Both the position numbers and the translations under genes were made by a program. Source: Octopus sinensis (taxonomy: Eukaryota). Taken from it: a stretch of DNA of 64,000 nucleotides. The notes under the pieces were generated by a model, which was not told where the DNA came from, did no database searches, and saw only the letters and a program-made list of their open reading frames with translations. Shown here piece by piece: positions 37,405 through 50,160 of this stretch (positions within the stretch are counted from its first letter, which is position 1; each line of letters starts with the position of its first letter). The DNA lies in the NCBI RefSeq assembly GCF_006345805.1, contig NC_042997.1, positions 171,244,001 to 171,308,000 on the forward strand, in the 5' to 3' direction.

Positions 37405-37632
37405 TTAACCCTTTGGCATACAGATTACTCTGTCAAATGTAATGCTTATTTATTCACATTATTTGAAATTAATCATGCACTATCTTATAGCTTTGAGATT
37501 TCAGTGATGTGATTGCTTATTTTTGGAATGACATTGTAGGGTAGGTGTGAGATTCTGAATCTGGCAAATTTGACCATAAAACAGGTAGAATATTAGGGCC
37601 AGATATAACCGGTTTAAAAACTAAAGGCTTAA
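37405..37632. mobile_element. piggyBac-like MITE
   Basis: TTAA-CCCTTTGGCAT ... CTAAAGGC-TTAA. Confidence 0.65.
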
Positions 37633-38065
37633 AGATGACAAACTAGCAGAATCGTTAACATACTGTGCAAAATGCTTAGCAGCATTTCGTCTGTCTTTAC
37701 GTTCTGAGTTCAAATTCTGCCATGGTTGACTTTCATGGTTGACTTTCAGGGTTGACACAATAAGTACCAGTTGAGCACTGGGGTCAATGTAATTGACTAA
37801 CTCCTCCCCCAAAATTTGAGGTCTTATGCCTAAAGTAGAAAGGATTAGTATTTATCAATTGAGGATGGCAAGTTAGTAAATAGTTAGCATGCTGAACAAA
37901 ATTCTGAGTGGCATATCCCCTGGCTTTGCATTCTGAGTTCAAATTCTGTCAAGGTGAGTTTGCTTTTCAACCTTTCAAGGTCAATAAAATAGGTACCAGT
38001 CTAACACTAGGGTTGATACAATCAACTAGCCCCCTACAAATTTCAGACCTTGTGCCTATTGTACA
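37632..38065 (+). mobile_element. Two tandem Nin-domain SINEs
   Basis: B-box and Nin box repeated twice. Confidence 0.8.
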
Positions 38066-38100
38066 TATATACACTCTCATACATACATACAGGATTATTA

Positions 38101-38492
38101 TCTCTATATATATAAAGCTGAAGTTGTCTGTGTATGGCAGGTTTGGTAGCCTTCAACTAACACTATCTCATCCGAGACCCTACGGTGCAAGTTGACTAAA
38201 ATTGAGAATATGATAGAAGCAGGCTTGCTCCTCCTTCTATAGAAGAAAAAATTCAAATCGGACCATGTTAACACCAAAAATTATTTACATCAAAAAAGTG
38301 CTTTTTTTCTATGAAAATCCCTATTTTTTACGATTTTTTTACTGCTGTGTCGCCAATTCTCGGTGTATTTCAACCAGAAAAATGTTCACTTAAAGAGAAT
38401 AACAAGCTACATAATGCAAAATTTTTACTTTTCAAAAATTCCAATTCTAAAGGGTCGAAACAAACCCGAGCAACACTGGGCGATACTGCTAG
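38101..38492 (+). mobile_element. Non-autonomous Helitron-like element
   Basis: A|TC...CCCGAGCAACACTGGG...CTAG|T, inserted in an AT dinucleotide with no TSD. Confidence 0.8.
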
Positions 38493-38511
38493 TATCTTAT
38501 TATAGTAGAAA

Positions 38512-38750
38512 TTATCATTAGTCCATTGGTTAACCATTTAACCAATCAATTGTTTGATTAATCACTTGGTCAATCCATCAATCAATCAGCTAGGTTTATT
38601 GAAGTCCTTTTGTTGCTATTCATGGCCATATCAGTAACATGCCCCCTCTACTTCAGGTGACAAAGATATCTGAGTGAGTGGTTAACCGAAAGATTAATCA
38701 AACAATCGATTAGTTAACTGGTTAAATAATTAACCAATAGACTAATAAGA
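38512..38750. repeat. Inverted-repeat element made of AATC/GATT-rich arms
   Basis: TTAGTCCATTGGTTAACC..AATCAATTGTTTGATTAATC versus GATTAATCAAACAATCGATT..AACCAATAGACTAA; related sequence at 58790-58960. Confidence 0.6.
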
Positions 38751-39064
38751 AGAATAAATGGATTGTAATAGAACTAGTGTGTGCATGTGCTTATTAATGC
38801 CATAATGACCCTCCTGAGGTAAAACACTAATGCTTTTGGATAAACTGAGAACATCACAGTCATATCTTCCTTGACTTTTTCTTTTTTCATATATACTTTT
38901 CAGGATCCACACTTTAGTTAAGAAACCAATATTTTAACTAATAATCAAGGAAGGATAAGAGAAAAAAATATAAAGAAGTAATATTTGTTATGTAATGTAT
39001 TTATACAAATCTTTCTCTCTCTTTCATACACATACACATATATATATAAACTGCACAGATGCAC

Positions 39065-39672
39065 AAATTTATATGTTTTTCCAGTTCCTGATACACATTC
39101 AGTTGTGACTGCTTTTGATCTTCTGTGAGATTTTGCTGCAATTCTTTTCATTTGCAATTCCTCACTCAAAATTCGTTGGCAGGAGTTCCAGGACACACCA
39201 GTCATATCAACAAGTTCGTCAATTGTTTGGTGACGGTCCTCCATTATCAGTTCATGAATTTTTATGATGTTTTGATTCGTTTGGGAGGTCAACGGTCATC
39301 CTGAATGAGGTTGGTCTTCAAGCAACAAGTGACCATTCTTAAAGCATGAAACCACTTGTAATCTTGCGTTTTGCTCATGGCAGCATTCTTGTAAGCAGTT
39401 TGAAGCATGACAACTGTTTTGGCCACCGTTTTCCCCAGCAGAAAACAGAATTTCACAGAAGCACACTGTTCCTTCATTTCAGCCATTGCAAAAATTGACA
39501 AATAGGGGAGAAGCACCGTAAAACCCAAACCCACTACATGGAAGTATGACTTCACTGGTTGGCATACTGATGCCTGAGGATCACTTCAAGTAGCTTCTAG
39601 TGGCAGAAGCCTGAACTACAATGGGCTTGTCCCACAGAGAACATTCCGGTTACTTTTGGGTACCACCTTGTA
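39065..39672 (-). mobile_element. Truncated mariner transposon (TIR plus N-terminal transposase)
   Basis: TA-CAAGGTGGTACCCAAAAGTAACCGGAA TIR; MKEQCASVKFCFLLGKT..MSKTQ..W ... TGVSWNSCQRILSEELQMKRIAAK. Confidence 0.88.
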
Positions 39673-39849
39673 GAAACTAAAAGAAGCTCATTATGTATGT
39701 GTGTGTATATTTGTGTCTCTTTGTCTTAACATCATGCACTAGTTGTAAACGAACCTCACCATCATACAAGTGGTGGTGTTCCTTTCCAGTCTTCTATGTA
39801 AGCATGTCTGGCCAAGTGGAGATATTATGTAGTGAAATTGATAAAGAGA

Positions 39850-40247
39850 ATACAGTGAATTTGCTGTGAGGAGTGGAAAATCCAACATTTCAGACACAAT
39901 CTTTCTTCAAGGGAAAAGTTGAAAAGAGAGAAATTAATGAGACACAGCAGAGTGTTACATCCTCTAAGTTAAAAAAAAGAAAAAAAAACTGGCTGCAGCT
40001 GATAAGGAACACAGGACATTTGAGTATCATATGTGAACAAGAAGTGGTAGGAGAAAATATGCAGGAAGGAAGAAAAAAAGAGTAATGAAGTGAGAAGAAG
40101 CAGGCAAAGTCAAGAGTGAGTTGGAGAAATATTACCTTGCTTTGAAACAGGTCATAGTTGATATCAAGAAGGCCATCTGGCCATTGAAAATCTGCCTCAA
40201 ACAAACTCTGCCTGACTCATGCATGCTTGGGAAAAGTGTATGTTAAA

Positions 40248-40285
<38 letters not shown>
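39850..40285 (+). mobile_element. Old RTE 3' end with (GAT)n tail
   Basis: Decayed RT C-terminus; GAAGGCCATCTGGCCATTGAAAATCTGCC...CATGCTTGGGAAAAG. Confidence 0.65.
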
Positions 40286-40423
40286 TTATGTTGATGATTA
40301 CCCTTTAAGAAAGGTGAAACATTTCTGAGATTATCTTCTTTACCTGCCAAAGAAAATATCTTATCAATTAATAATTTCCTACTGATTTGCTTTTGAATAG
40401 ATTTTTGATTTTAATTGCTTTAG

Positions 40424-40651
40424 TACCCTTTCGTTACCAACCCGGCTGAAACCGGCTCTGGCTCTGTAGTACAAATGTCTTGTTTTCATAAGTTTTGAAT
40501 TAAAATCTTCCATCAAACCTTAGTCACAATTTATATTCCTAACACTAACTGAAAGATAGCTCAGTTATTTTACTAAATTCTTTGTTATATTTAAAATTAA
40601 TTGAAAGAAACACAGAGCATCTCAAAATAAATACAGTAATGAAAGGGTTAA
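40424..40651. mobile_element. piggyBac-like MITE
   Basis: CCCTTTCGTTAC ... GTAATGAAAGGG-TTAA. Confidence 0.65.
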
Positions 40652-40759
40652 ATAACATTTCACCTGTAATATATAGATCTTAATGTATGTGGTTTTTAGT
40701 TCCTTGATCCTGCATATGAATCCTGGTTGAAAAGATCTAAGGTAAAAGATGTTCATGCC

Positions 40760-41165
40760 ATGAACCTTTTTTCTTGTTTCAGTCATTTGACTGCTGCCAT
40801 GCTGGAGTACCTCCTTGAAAAATTTTAGTTGGGCAAATCGACCTGAGGACTTATTTTTTTCTAAAGCCTAGTACTTATTCTATCAGTTTCTTTTTCTGAA
40901 CTGCCATGTTACGGGGATACAAACACACCAACACCGGTTGTTAAGCAGTGGTGAGTGACAAACACAGACACACATACACACACACATAAGATATAAATAT
41001 ATATATATATATATATATATTATAGATGATGGCCTTCTTTCAGTATCCATCCGCCAAATCCATTCATATGGCTTCGGTCAGCCCAAGGATATAGCAGAAG
41101 ACATTTGCCCAAGGTGCCACACAGTGGGACTGAACCTGGAACCATGTAGTTGAGAAGCACGTGTG
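40760..41165 (-). mobile_element. CORE-domain SINE
   Basis: Reverse complement of the family consensus. Confidence 0.85.
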
Positions 41166-41346
41166 CCTAATTCATTTTTTTTTTCTTCTAGGAATAATTT
41201 ATCCTGGACTACATTATCCAATATTTTCCTTTAAAAATACAAAAATGTGATTTAAGGAAGATTTTGCTGTTATTTCTTGCTAGACTAGTAGTGACTATGT
41301 AGAGGCTCTCACAGTGGTTGGTTCGAACTGTCTAATTATCTTGCAG

Positions 41347-41403
41347 TTGGTGTCATGGTTAATTATATTGCAATAAATACATCGACTGCAATTTCATCGC
41401 CTG
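41347..41403 (+). CDS. Weak candidate exon (GVMVNYIAINTSTAISSP)
   Basis: taattatcttgcag| and CTG|gtaatt; 57 nt, phase 1-1; no convincing linking exon from 37224. Confidence 0.2.
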
Positions 41404-41664
41404 GTAATTTCATTGCAATGTAATTAATTACATTGTAAGCCAACACACCACCATCATCATCCTCATTATCATCATCACCATTATCATTATCATCATTCTC
41501 ATGATGATGATGATGATCATCATCATCATCATCAGCAGCAGCAGCAGCAATGGTACCTTTTACCACAATAACTTGAGTTAGCTGAGACTACCTGAAGAAG
41601 TATTCTGCAGCCTGATACCTGTCCTGCTATTAATTCTTACTTGATTCTAAATAAGATGCATGTT

Positions 41665-42080
41665 ACCTATTCCTTTACTACCCACAAGGAGCTAAACACA
41701 GAGGTGACAAACAAGGACAGACAAACGGATTAAGTCGATTATATCGACCCCAGTGTGTAACTAGTACTTAATTTATCGACCCCAAAAAGATGAAAGGCAA
41801 AGTCGACCACGGTGGAATTTGAACTCAGAACGCAAAGACAGACGAAATACCTATTTCTTTACTACCCACAAGGGGCTAAACACAGAGGGGACAAACAGGA
41901 CAGACAAACGGATTAAGTCGATTATATCGACCCCAGTGCGTAACTGGTACTTAATTTATTGACCCCAAAAGGATGAAAGGCAAAGTTGACCTCAGCAGAA
42001 TTTGAACTCAGAATGTAACGGCAGACAAAATACGGCTACACATTTCGCCCGGTGTGCTAACGTTTCTGCCAGCTCACTGC
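41665..42080 (-). mobile_element. Nin-domain SINE head-to-tail dimer
   Basis: Full unit 42080-41851 followed by headless unit 41850-41665. Confidence 0.88.
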
Positions 42081-42944
42081 CCTATATAAGATACATGTTA
42101 CCTCGATCTTTCAAACTCCTGAGTGGCTGGGCATGTTTTTACATGTAAACAGTGACACTCCAGCATAAGCAGCAATCTTGTTTCATGCTAAGTGTGTAAT
42201 CAATGCCAAGACACACACACGCACACATGCACATGCACACACACACACACATACACACACGTATATATTATCAGTTAGTTGCACATATATCAGACAAAAT
42301 GCACAGTATGATTTGGCATTAGGAAGGGCATCCAGCTGTAGAAACTCTGCCAGATCAAGATTGAAGCCTGGTGCAGCCATCTGGTTTGCCAGTCCTCAGT
42401 CAAATCGTCCAACCCATGCTAACATGGAAAGTGGACTTTAAATGATGATGAGGATGATAATGATGATGATGATGATTAATAGAGCAGTTATATATTTTTT
42501 ATATTGTCAAACAGTGTACTACTAGTTGTGTCATATAAAGAGTAAAGACCCCCTTCAATCATAAGCCATAGGATTACACCTAGAAAGTTCCCCTCCAATG
42601 CACAAGTCTGGGCAAGATTGTTTAAAGAAGACCAGCAGTCACCCATGCATACAAGCCTCCCCTCTCCACACCACTGACATTGTCCAAGGGAAAAGCAAAG
42701 GCCAATTCAGCTTGACCACAAGTGACATTGCAACTCATTTCTTCAGCTGAGTGAACTGGGGCAACGTGAAATAAAGTGTCTTAACTGACCTGGTTATTAC
42801 TGTTAGTTTTGTGCTGACTGTTGCACTTGGCAGTATTGATAACTCTTCAGACTTGCTGGCTGGAGTGCATTGCATCTTTTATACTGGAGGCATATATAGA
42901 CCCTAACAAGGGTCTATGTATATATAATAATAATAATAATAATA

Positions 42945-44598
42945 ATCATCATCATCATCATCATCATCATTTAACGTCCGCTTTCCATGCTAGCATGGGT
43001 TGGACGGTTCAACTGGGGTCTGGAGAGCCCGAAAGCTGCACCAGTCCAGTCAGATCTGGCAGTGTTTCTACAGCTGGATGCCCTTCCTAACGCCAACCAC
43101 TCCGAGAGTGTAGTGGGTGATTTTATGTGCCACCGACACAGGTGCCAGACGAGGCTGGCAAACGGCCACGCTCGGATGGTGTTTTTATGTGCCACCGACA
43201 CAGGTGCCAGACGAGGCTGGCAGACGGCCACGCTCGGATGGTGTTTTTATGTGCCACCGACACAGGTGCCAGATGAGGCTGGCAAACGGCCACGATCGGA
43301 TGGTGCTTGTTACGTGCCCACAGCACGGAGGCCAGTCGATGCGGTACTGGCTACGGCCACGTTCGGATGGTTTTCTTGTGTGCCACGTGCCACCGGCACT
43401 GGTACCACAAAGATACAAATTCCATTGATGTTCATCTATTTTGATTTGTTTTGATTTTTTTTTTTTTTTTGATTTTCACTTGCCTCAACAGGTCTTCACA
43501 AGTGTCACAAGAAGGAAGGTATGCACAGGTGGACTGACTACGTCCCAGGTAGGGGCCATGGGTTATGGCCTGACTAGTCTTGCCGGGTCTTCGGATGGTG
43601 TTTTTATGTGCCACCGACACAGGTGCTAGATGAGGCTGGCGAACGGCCACGATCGGATGGTGTTTGTCATGTGCCCACCGCACTGACTACAGCACTGATG
43701 GATTTCTTGTGTGCCACAGGCACTGGTACCACAAGATACAAATTCCATTGATGTTTATCTATTTTGTCTATTTTGATTTTGATTTGATTTGATTTTCACT
43801 TGCCTCAACCGGTCTTCACAAGTGTCACAAGAAGGAAGGTATGCACAGGTGGACTGACTAGTCTTGCCGGGTCTTCGGAAGGTGTTTTTATGTGCCACCG
43901 ACACAGGTGCCAGATGAGGCTGGCGAACGGCCATGATCGGATGGTGTTTGTTACGTGCCCACAGCACGGAGGCCGGTCGATGCGGAACTGGCTACGGCCA
44001 CGTTCGGATGGTTCTCTTGTGTGCCACCGGCACTGGTACCACAAAGATACAGATTCCATTGATGTTCGTCTATTTTGATTTGTTTTGATTTTGATTTTCA
44101 CTTGCCTCAACAGGTCTTCACAAGTGTCACAAGAAGGAAGGTATGCACAGGTGGACTGACTACGTCCCAGGTAGGGGCCATGGGTTATGGCCTGACTAGT
44201 CTTGCCGGGTCTTCGGATGGTGTTTTTATGTGCCACCGACACAGGTGCTAGATGAGGCTGGCGAACGGCCACGATCGGATGGTGTTTGTCATGTGCCCAC
44301 AGCACGGAGGCCAGTCGATGCGGTACTGGCTACGGCCACTTTCGGATGGTTTTCTCTTGTGTGCCACCGGCACTGGTACCACAAAGATACAAATTCCATT
44401 GATGTTCATCTATTTTGATTTGTTTTGATTTGATTTTGATTTTGATTTTCACTTGCCTCAACAGGCCTTCACAAGTATCACAAGGAGGAAGGTATGCACA
44501 GGTGGACTGACTACGTCCCAGGTAGGGGCCATGGTTTATGGCCTGACTAGTCTTGCCGGGTCTTCGGATGGTGTTTTTATGTGCCACCGACACAGGTG
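42945..44598 (-). mobile_element. RTE 3' end with 62-bp unit array and four higher-order repeats
   Basis: 62-bp period at 43125/43187/43249; anchor CACTTGCCTCAAC at ~43477, ~43797, ~44099 and ~44450. Confidence 0.9.
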
Positions 44599-44721
44599 CT
44601 AATAATAATAATAATAATATGAGGGAATATTATTCCAAACTTACAGGGAAAAATTCAATTTAGAAATACTAAATCAAATTTCACAAAATATAATATATAT
44701 ATATATATGTATATATATATA

Positions 44722-44905
44722 TGTCTGGATAGATTCCTTCAAAGAATACCAGATAAGCCACCCATAATTGGATACAACTCACCCAACAAGAACTCACTAC
44801 TTGAACAAAACTTGACTTAAACAGGATTCGAATAATCCTATCAGGTGGTGCTATTAAGTTAGACATGGCCTGGACCAATCTTTGGTCGAAACATATCTAA
44901 GTTTT
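44722..44905 (+). mobile_element. CR1-like LINE 3' end in (TA)n
   Basis: CLDRFLQRIPDKPPIIGYNSPNKNSLLEQ (LD.FL..IPD.P...GY...NSL motif) plus terminal stem-loop. Confidence 0.7.
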
Positions 44906-44924
44906 ATATAAATATATATATATA

Positions 44925-45111
44925 GGGAGAGTTTATGAAAAAAACAAAAGACGAAGACAGTTGGTGTACAAAACAAACATATGTATTAGTATAACGCTCA
45001 GGAATAGAAAAAGTCTTTTACGTTTCGAGCCTACGCTCTTCTACAGAAAGGGACACAGAATAAACAAAGAGAGAAAAAAAATGTGTGTAGTGGCTAACGA
45101 TCTATCATGGC
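44925..45111 (-). mobile_element. Solo Penelope-like pseudo-LTR / short non-autonomous element with hammerhead-like motif
   Basis: CTTT-CTGTAGA-A-GAGC-GTAG-GCTC-GAAAC-GTA-AAAG at 45013-45054; second copy at 54417-54614; (TA)n flanks. Confidence 0.65.
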
Positions 45112-45132
45112 ATCTATATATATATATATATA

Positions 45133-45715
45133 TCATCATCATCGTTTAACGTCCACTTTCCATGCTAGCATGGGTTGGACGGTTCAACTGGGGTCTGGCA
45201 AGCCCGAAGGCTACACCAGGCCAGTCAGATCTGGCAGTGTTTCTACAGCTGGATGCCCTTCCTAACGCCAACCACTCCGAGAGTGTAGTGGGTGATTTTA
45301 TGTGCCACCGACACAGGTGCCAGATGAGGCTGGCAGACGGCCACGCTCGGATGGTGCTTTTTATGTGCCACCGACACAGGTGCCAGACGAGGCTGGCAGA
45401 CGGCCACACTCGGATATGGTGTTTTCGGTGTTTTTCTTATGTGCCAGACGAGGCTGGCGAGCGGCTACGATCGGATGGTGTTTGTTACGTGCCCACGGCA
45501 CGGAGGCCAGTCGATGCGGTACTGGCTACGGTCCCGTTCGGATGGTTTTTCTTATGTGCCACCGGCACTGGTACCGCAAGGATACAAATTCCATTGATGT
45601 TCATCTATTTGATTTGGTTTGACTTGATTCGATTTGACTTTGATTTGACTTGCCTCAACAGGTCTTCACAAGTGTGATTCGATTTGACTTTGATTTGACT
45701 TGCCTCAACAGGTCA
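45133..45715 (-). mobile_element. RTE 3' end with hairpin-unit array
   Basis: Same subfamily as 42945-43500. Confidence 0.88.
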
Positions 45716-46604
45716 TGTAAATTAGAAAAAAAATCACCTTTTATCAATTCAACAAGGAAAAAATTAAATTATACCATTTAGAAAAAATTACATTTTATAG
45801 AAAAATTAAATATAAAATAAAACATATACCAATGATTAAGTAATGTGCAAAATAATAAATGAAACGTATGTATCTGGTAGAATAACTATATATATATATA
45901 TCCATCATAAAAGTTGCTGTGAATTTCAAGCCAGCATGCTTGAAGAATTATTAATATTGCTAAGGATGCAATAGTCGGCACAAAACTGATAGTAACATTC
46001 AGACCAGTTATATGCCATAACCAAAAATAGACTCCTTGATGATACATACACAATAGGTTTTTTTCACTATCTCTGTCAACCAGTTTCATTCACAATGCAT
46101 TAGTCAGCTCATAGCTGTAGCAGAAGATGTTTGTCAACAATGCCACACAGCAAGAATGAAACTAGAAATCACATGATTTTAAAACAAACTTCCTAATCAA
46201 ACTACTGGTAAATTCCTCATCATGCCATATAGTTTGTCCCTAAATTCAGTCACATGTTTTATCTCCAGAGGAGATGCATTGCTAAACATTATGAGAGCAC
46301 ATTCAAAATGAGATAATTTGAGAATGGTACAGAGTAAATGATGTAAAATAAAAAGTAAAGTTTCCTTGAGTCATACTGACTTATAATGGCCAGTTTCCTG
46401 GTTACTATGGATAATATATTCTCCATCTGGATGAGACACTAATTCATTGTAGGAATACTCATTTTTACCAGCTGAGTGGACTGGGACAATGTGAAATGAA
46501 GTGTTTTGCTCAAGAACACAATGTGTCATCCGGTCCAGGAATTGAAACCACAATCTTATGATCATAAGTCCAACACCCGAACCACTAAGCCACATGCCTA
46601 CCCG

Positions 46605-46830
46605 AGTAAATAACGTTCCGCTGGGCTGGACATGCCAAAAGGTTCACAGACAACAGGTGGACCCATGCAGTTGTCAAATGATATCCAAAAAATCAGTAAA
46701 GGCCATTCGGAAGGCCTCTACAACAATGGGAAGACAGTTTAATCAAGCTGGAAAAGAATGGCGCAGTTAAAACAGAATTGGAAGCGCATTGTGACCAGCA
46801 GTGTATAACAGAAGTTGATGGTGTGGTCGA
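46605..46830 (+). pseudogene. RTE-clade RT C-terminal fragment
   Basis: RWAGH..RFTDNRWTH..W.PK...RP.GRP..RWEDSL pattern across frameshifts. Confidence 0.65.
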
Positions 46831-46934
46831 TACTGTGATAGTGTGATATGTGATGGAAACCTGGTAAATCTCTGGCCTTATGAGTCCCAAGGCTCATAAT
46901 ATATCTAAATCTATTTACAGAATAAATATGTTAT

Positions 46935-47422
46935 AAGACCTGTTAGGGCAAGTGAAATCGAAATTGAACCAAATTCAATGACTGGCACCCGTGCCAGTAG
47001 AGCGCTAACAGCTCCATCCAAGCAGTATCACTGTCAGAGCAGCTGTTTGGCTTCCGTGCCGGTGACACATAAAAAGCACCATTTCTGTGTGATTGTTACC
47101 AGCGTCGCCTTACTGGCACGTGAACAAAATATTTGAGCGAGTTCATTGCCAGTGCCACTGGACTGACTCCTGTGCAGGTGGCATGTAAAAAATACCATTT
47201 GAGTGTGGCCATTACCAGTACCGCCAGACTGGCCCTCGTGCCAGTGGCACGTAAAAGCACCCACTACACGCTCGGAGTGGTTGGGGTTAGGAAGGGCATC
47301 CAGCTGTAGAAACTCTGCCAGATCAGATTGGAGCCTGGTGCAGCTATCTGGTTTGCCAGTCCTCAGTCAAATTGTCCAACCCATGCTAGCATGGAAAGTA
47401 GACATTAAATGATGATGATGAT
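46935..47422 (+). mobile_element. RTE 3' end with hairpin-unit array
   Basis: AAGACCTGTTAGGGCAAGTGAAATC ORF end, about five units, 3'UTR, (GAT)n. Confidence 0.85.
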
Positions 47423-47884
47423 GGAAAAGAAATTCAAAGAGAAAAATCTCACATTTAGTCAAAATATATATATGAAGATCACATTAGTATTACTTTTAAA
47501 AACGGAATCATATATTATTGTCGCTGTTTTAATGTTTGTCTTTCCGTACTTGCTTTAGTCTGATGGAATTTGTTGAATCAGCTTTTTTAGGGCTAGATGT
47601 CCTTGTCACCAAACCACACCTGTTTCCAAGCTAGTAAATATTTCCCTATGACCAGATACATTGTCATGAAATAAATGATATTGCTTGTGTGACAGTGATA
47701 CTCATTCACAACTATCATGTGATGTCTTTCAATTTCTCTTTACCATATCCACTCACAAGGCTTTTGCTGGCTGAGGGCTATAGCAGAAGACACTCGTTCA
47801 ATGTGTCATGTAGTGAGATTGAACCTGAAACCACATGGTTTGGAAACAAATTCTTCACCACACAGCCATGCTTGAACTTTTCAC

Positions 47885-47917
<33 letters not shown>

Positions 47918-47931
47918 TGCATGCACGCACG

Positions 47932-47963
<32 letters not shown>

Positions 47964-49109
47964 TTTACAGGCAGCACCAGTTTAAATTGGAAGAAAGAAG
48001 AAGCATTCTAAAATGACAAATTGTAATGCATTTCAAATACTCAAGAACTGCAATTTCAGTTGCCTTTTTGCTGCTCTATCTTTATATTTCTTTACACACT
48101 GTGGAATTTCTGCAGCAGTGATGTACTTTTTTTACTTTTTGATCATTTCTTTATTTTCTGAATGTTCTTTTTCAAAGATTTCTGAGAATTTTTAAAACAG
48201 TTACCTGAAATTTTTTGATTTTGGATTTCCTTTAATGAAATGCCACATATTTAATTTACTCTGTGGATAAAAAGCATGGTGATAAATTTACCGATGATAT
48301 ATTAGCTCAGAATGAAATTACAGGTGATCTGTTTACTGCTAGTGTAATTAGCTCCGTTGAATTTACCATAAACTCTTTCATCAATCCAACTGCCTAATTA
48401 TTATGTTGGTTGCATTCAGTGCACACTTAATTTGTATCAGTTAATGCATGTTGTAGATATGCCTTTGTGATTGAGGAAGTTTGTTTCTGAAGCAGATGGT
48501 TTTGGGTTCAGTCCCACTGCATGACACTTTGGGCAAGTATATTCTATCATAGACACAGGCTAACCAATACACTGTGATTAAATATGGTAAATAGGAATTT
48601 TGCGGAAGTCTAACCTTTCCACCATCATCATTGTTTTAACATCTACTATTCTGTGCTTGCATGGGTCAGATGAAAGTATGTTGGGGTGGCAGAGTTTTCT
48701 ATAATTGGATACCCTGTCTATTATCAGCCTGCACATATTTCCAGGCAAGGTTATAATCTCCTAATCTGTTGAACAATGAACATCTCAGACATATTTACAT
48801 GGAGAACTAGAAACAAATGCCACAAAACAAGTGGTTTTGCCTACACCTACAAAGTTTATACAGTATGTCAAGACTTATCAAGACACACACATCTAGCTTT
48901 ACATAGAACTAAGTCCTAATGATTTGAGGACCTGGGGGTAAAACTTTCCCTGAGGAACAGAGAAAATATTAATTCATTGAACAATAATACTTGTATAATA
49001 GGACCTGTGTAGGAAACCTCTCCCTACAAGTGAATAGCTAATGTTTGCAAAAATTTTCTTTCCAGATATCAAAAGCTGTCCCTCAGCTATTCATATATTC
49101 TTATTGTGA

Positions 49110-50160
49110 AGTCCATAATCCTAGAGCTGTTGCAGTCAATGTGGATATGATAAAAGATAAGTTTGGTGAGATTGTTGAAATGCAAGAATGGAGGCTTGTG
49201 GATGTGTGCTGCATGCAAGAAGCAAGCTGGAGGTGAGCCTCAGCCATACTTCCTATGGGCTAATGACAAAGGAATAGATTCTTCTGGATATGCAATAATG
49301 CTGATATGAGGTGGTGTGGGCATACTTTTGGCAGAGAAGTGGGTACATAAAATGATCAAGGCATTTAGAGAATGTGATGGAGTAATTCATCTTAGGCTAG
49401 TCTTGGACAACACAGTAGTGACATTCATCTCTATATATGCTCCTCAACTGAGATTGGCAGATGTAGAAAAGAACCTATTTTATGAAGCCCTTTTGCAGAT
49501 TACATTGATGATGAATGATTATACCTTCTCTTCATGGTTGTTGTCTTTAATGGACATGTTGAGCAGCACTATGATAGATTTTATGGTGTAGAAATGAAGA
49601 GTGAACAAAGCTGTTGGATGTGAGTGATGTAAATGGCCTGATGATCCACATCACTAACTTCAGGAAACTAGCCAACCACTTGATCACTTATCAGATTGAC
49701 TACATTTTTTTTTAATGTAAAGTCCTCGGGGAAAAATGTTCAACTCAAGTTAGTGACTTCAGAATTAAAGCTAAAAAGATTCTGAAAAATAAAGCAGTCT
49801 GAAAAAGGAAAATACGGATACTTAAAGATTCATTGAAGAGCCAAAAATTTAGAGAAGTACTAGTTGAAGCATAGGATGCAATGGAAGAGATCGAGACATA
49901 CAAAATAGAGGACAATTGGAGGTTCTTTCAGGCCAACCTACTGTGAGCTACAAACTAAATCTGTGGCTAGTGCAATGTTCCAGCAAGACCAATGGGGACA
50001 CAGTGGTGGAACAGTGAACGAGTCATAAAAGCAAAGAGACATGCTTGAAGAAAAACTAGATGACATATTTAATAATGGGAGAAGCAGAAAGTAAGAGTTT
50101 TATCATCATGAGGTTCTACAACATGAGGAGCAGGTTTTCCAGATTGCAAGGCAATGTATC
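49110..50160 (+). pseudogene. RTE LINE apurinic-endonuclease domain remnant
   Basis: VNVDMI..GEIVEM..VDVCCMQEASWR; GILLAEKWV..LRLVL..TFISIYAPQ. Confidence 0.85.

Noticed and set aside
43100-44598. CRISPR-like repeat-spacer array
   Set aside because: Units are parts of an RTE 3'UTR in a eukaryotic context, spacers are related to each other, and there are no cas genes
48205-48260. Minus-strand exon SKLNMWHFIKGNPKSKNF with good splice sites
   Set aside because: The same frame continues with stops into 48010-48200 and resembles a decayed hAT (Buster/Charlie-like) transposase; isolated
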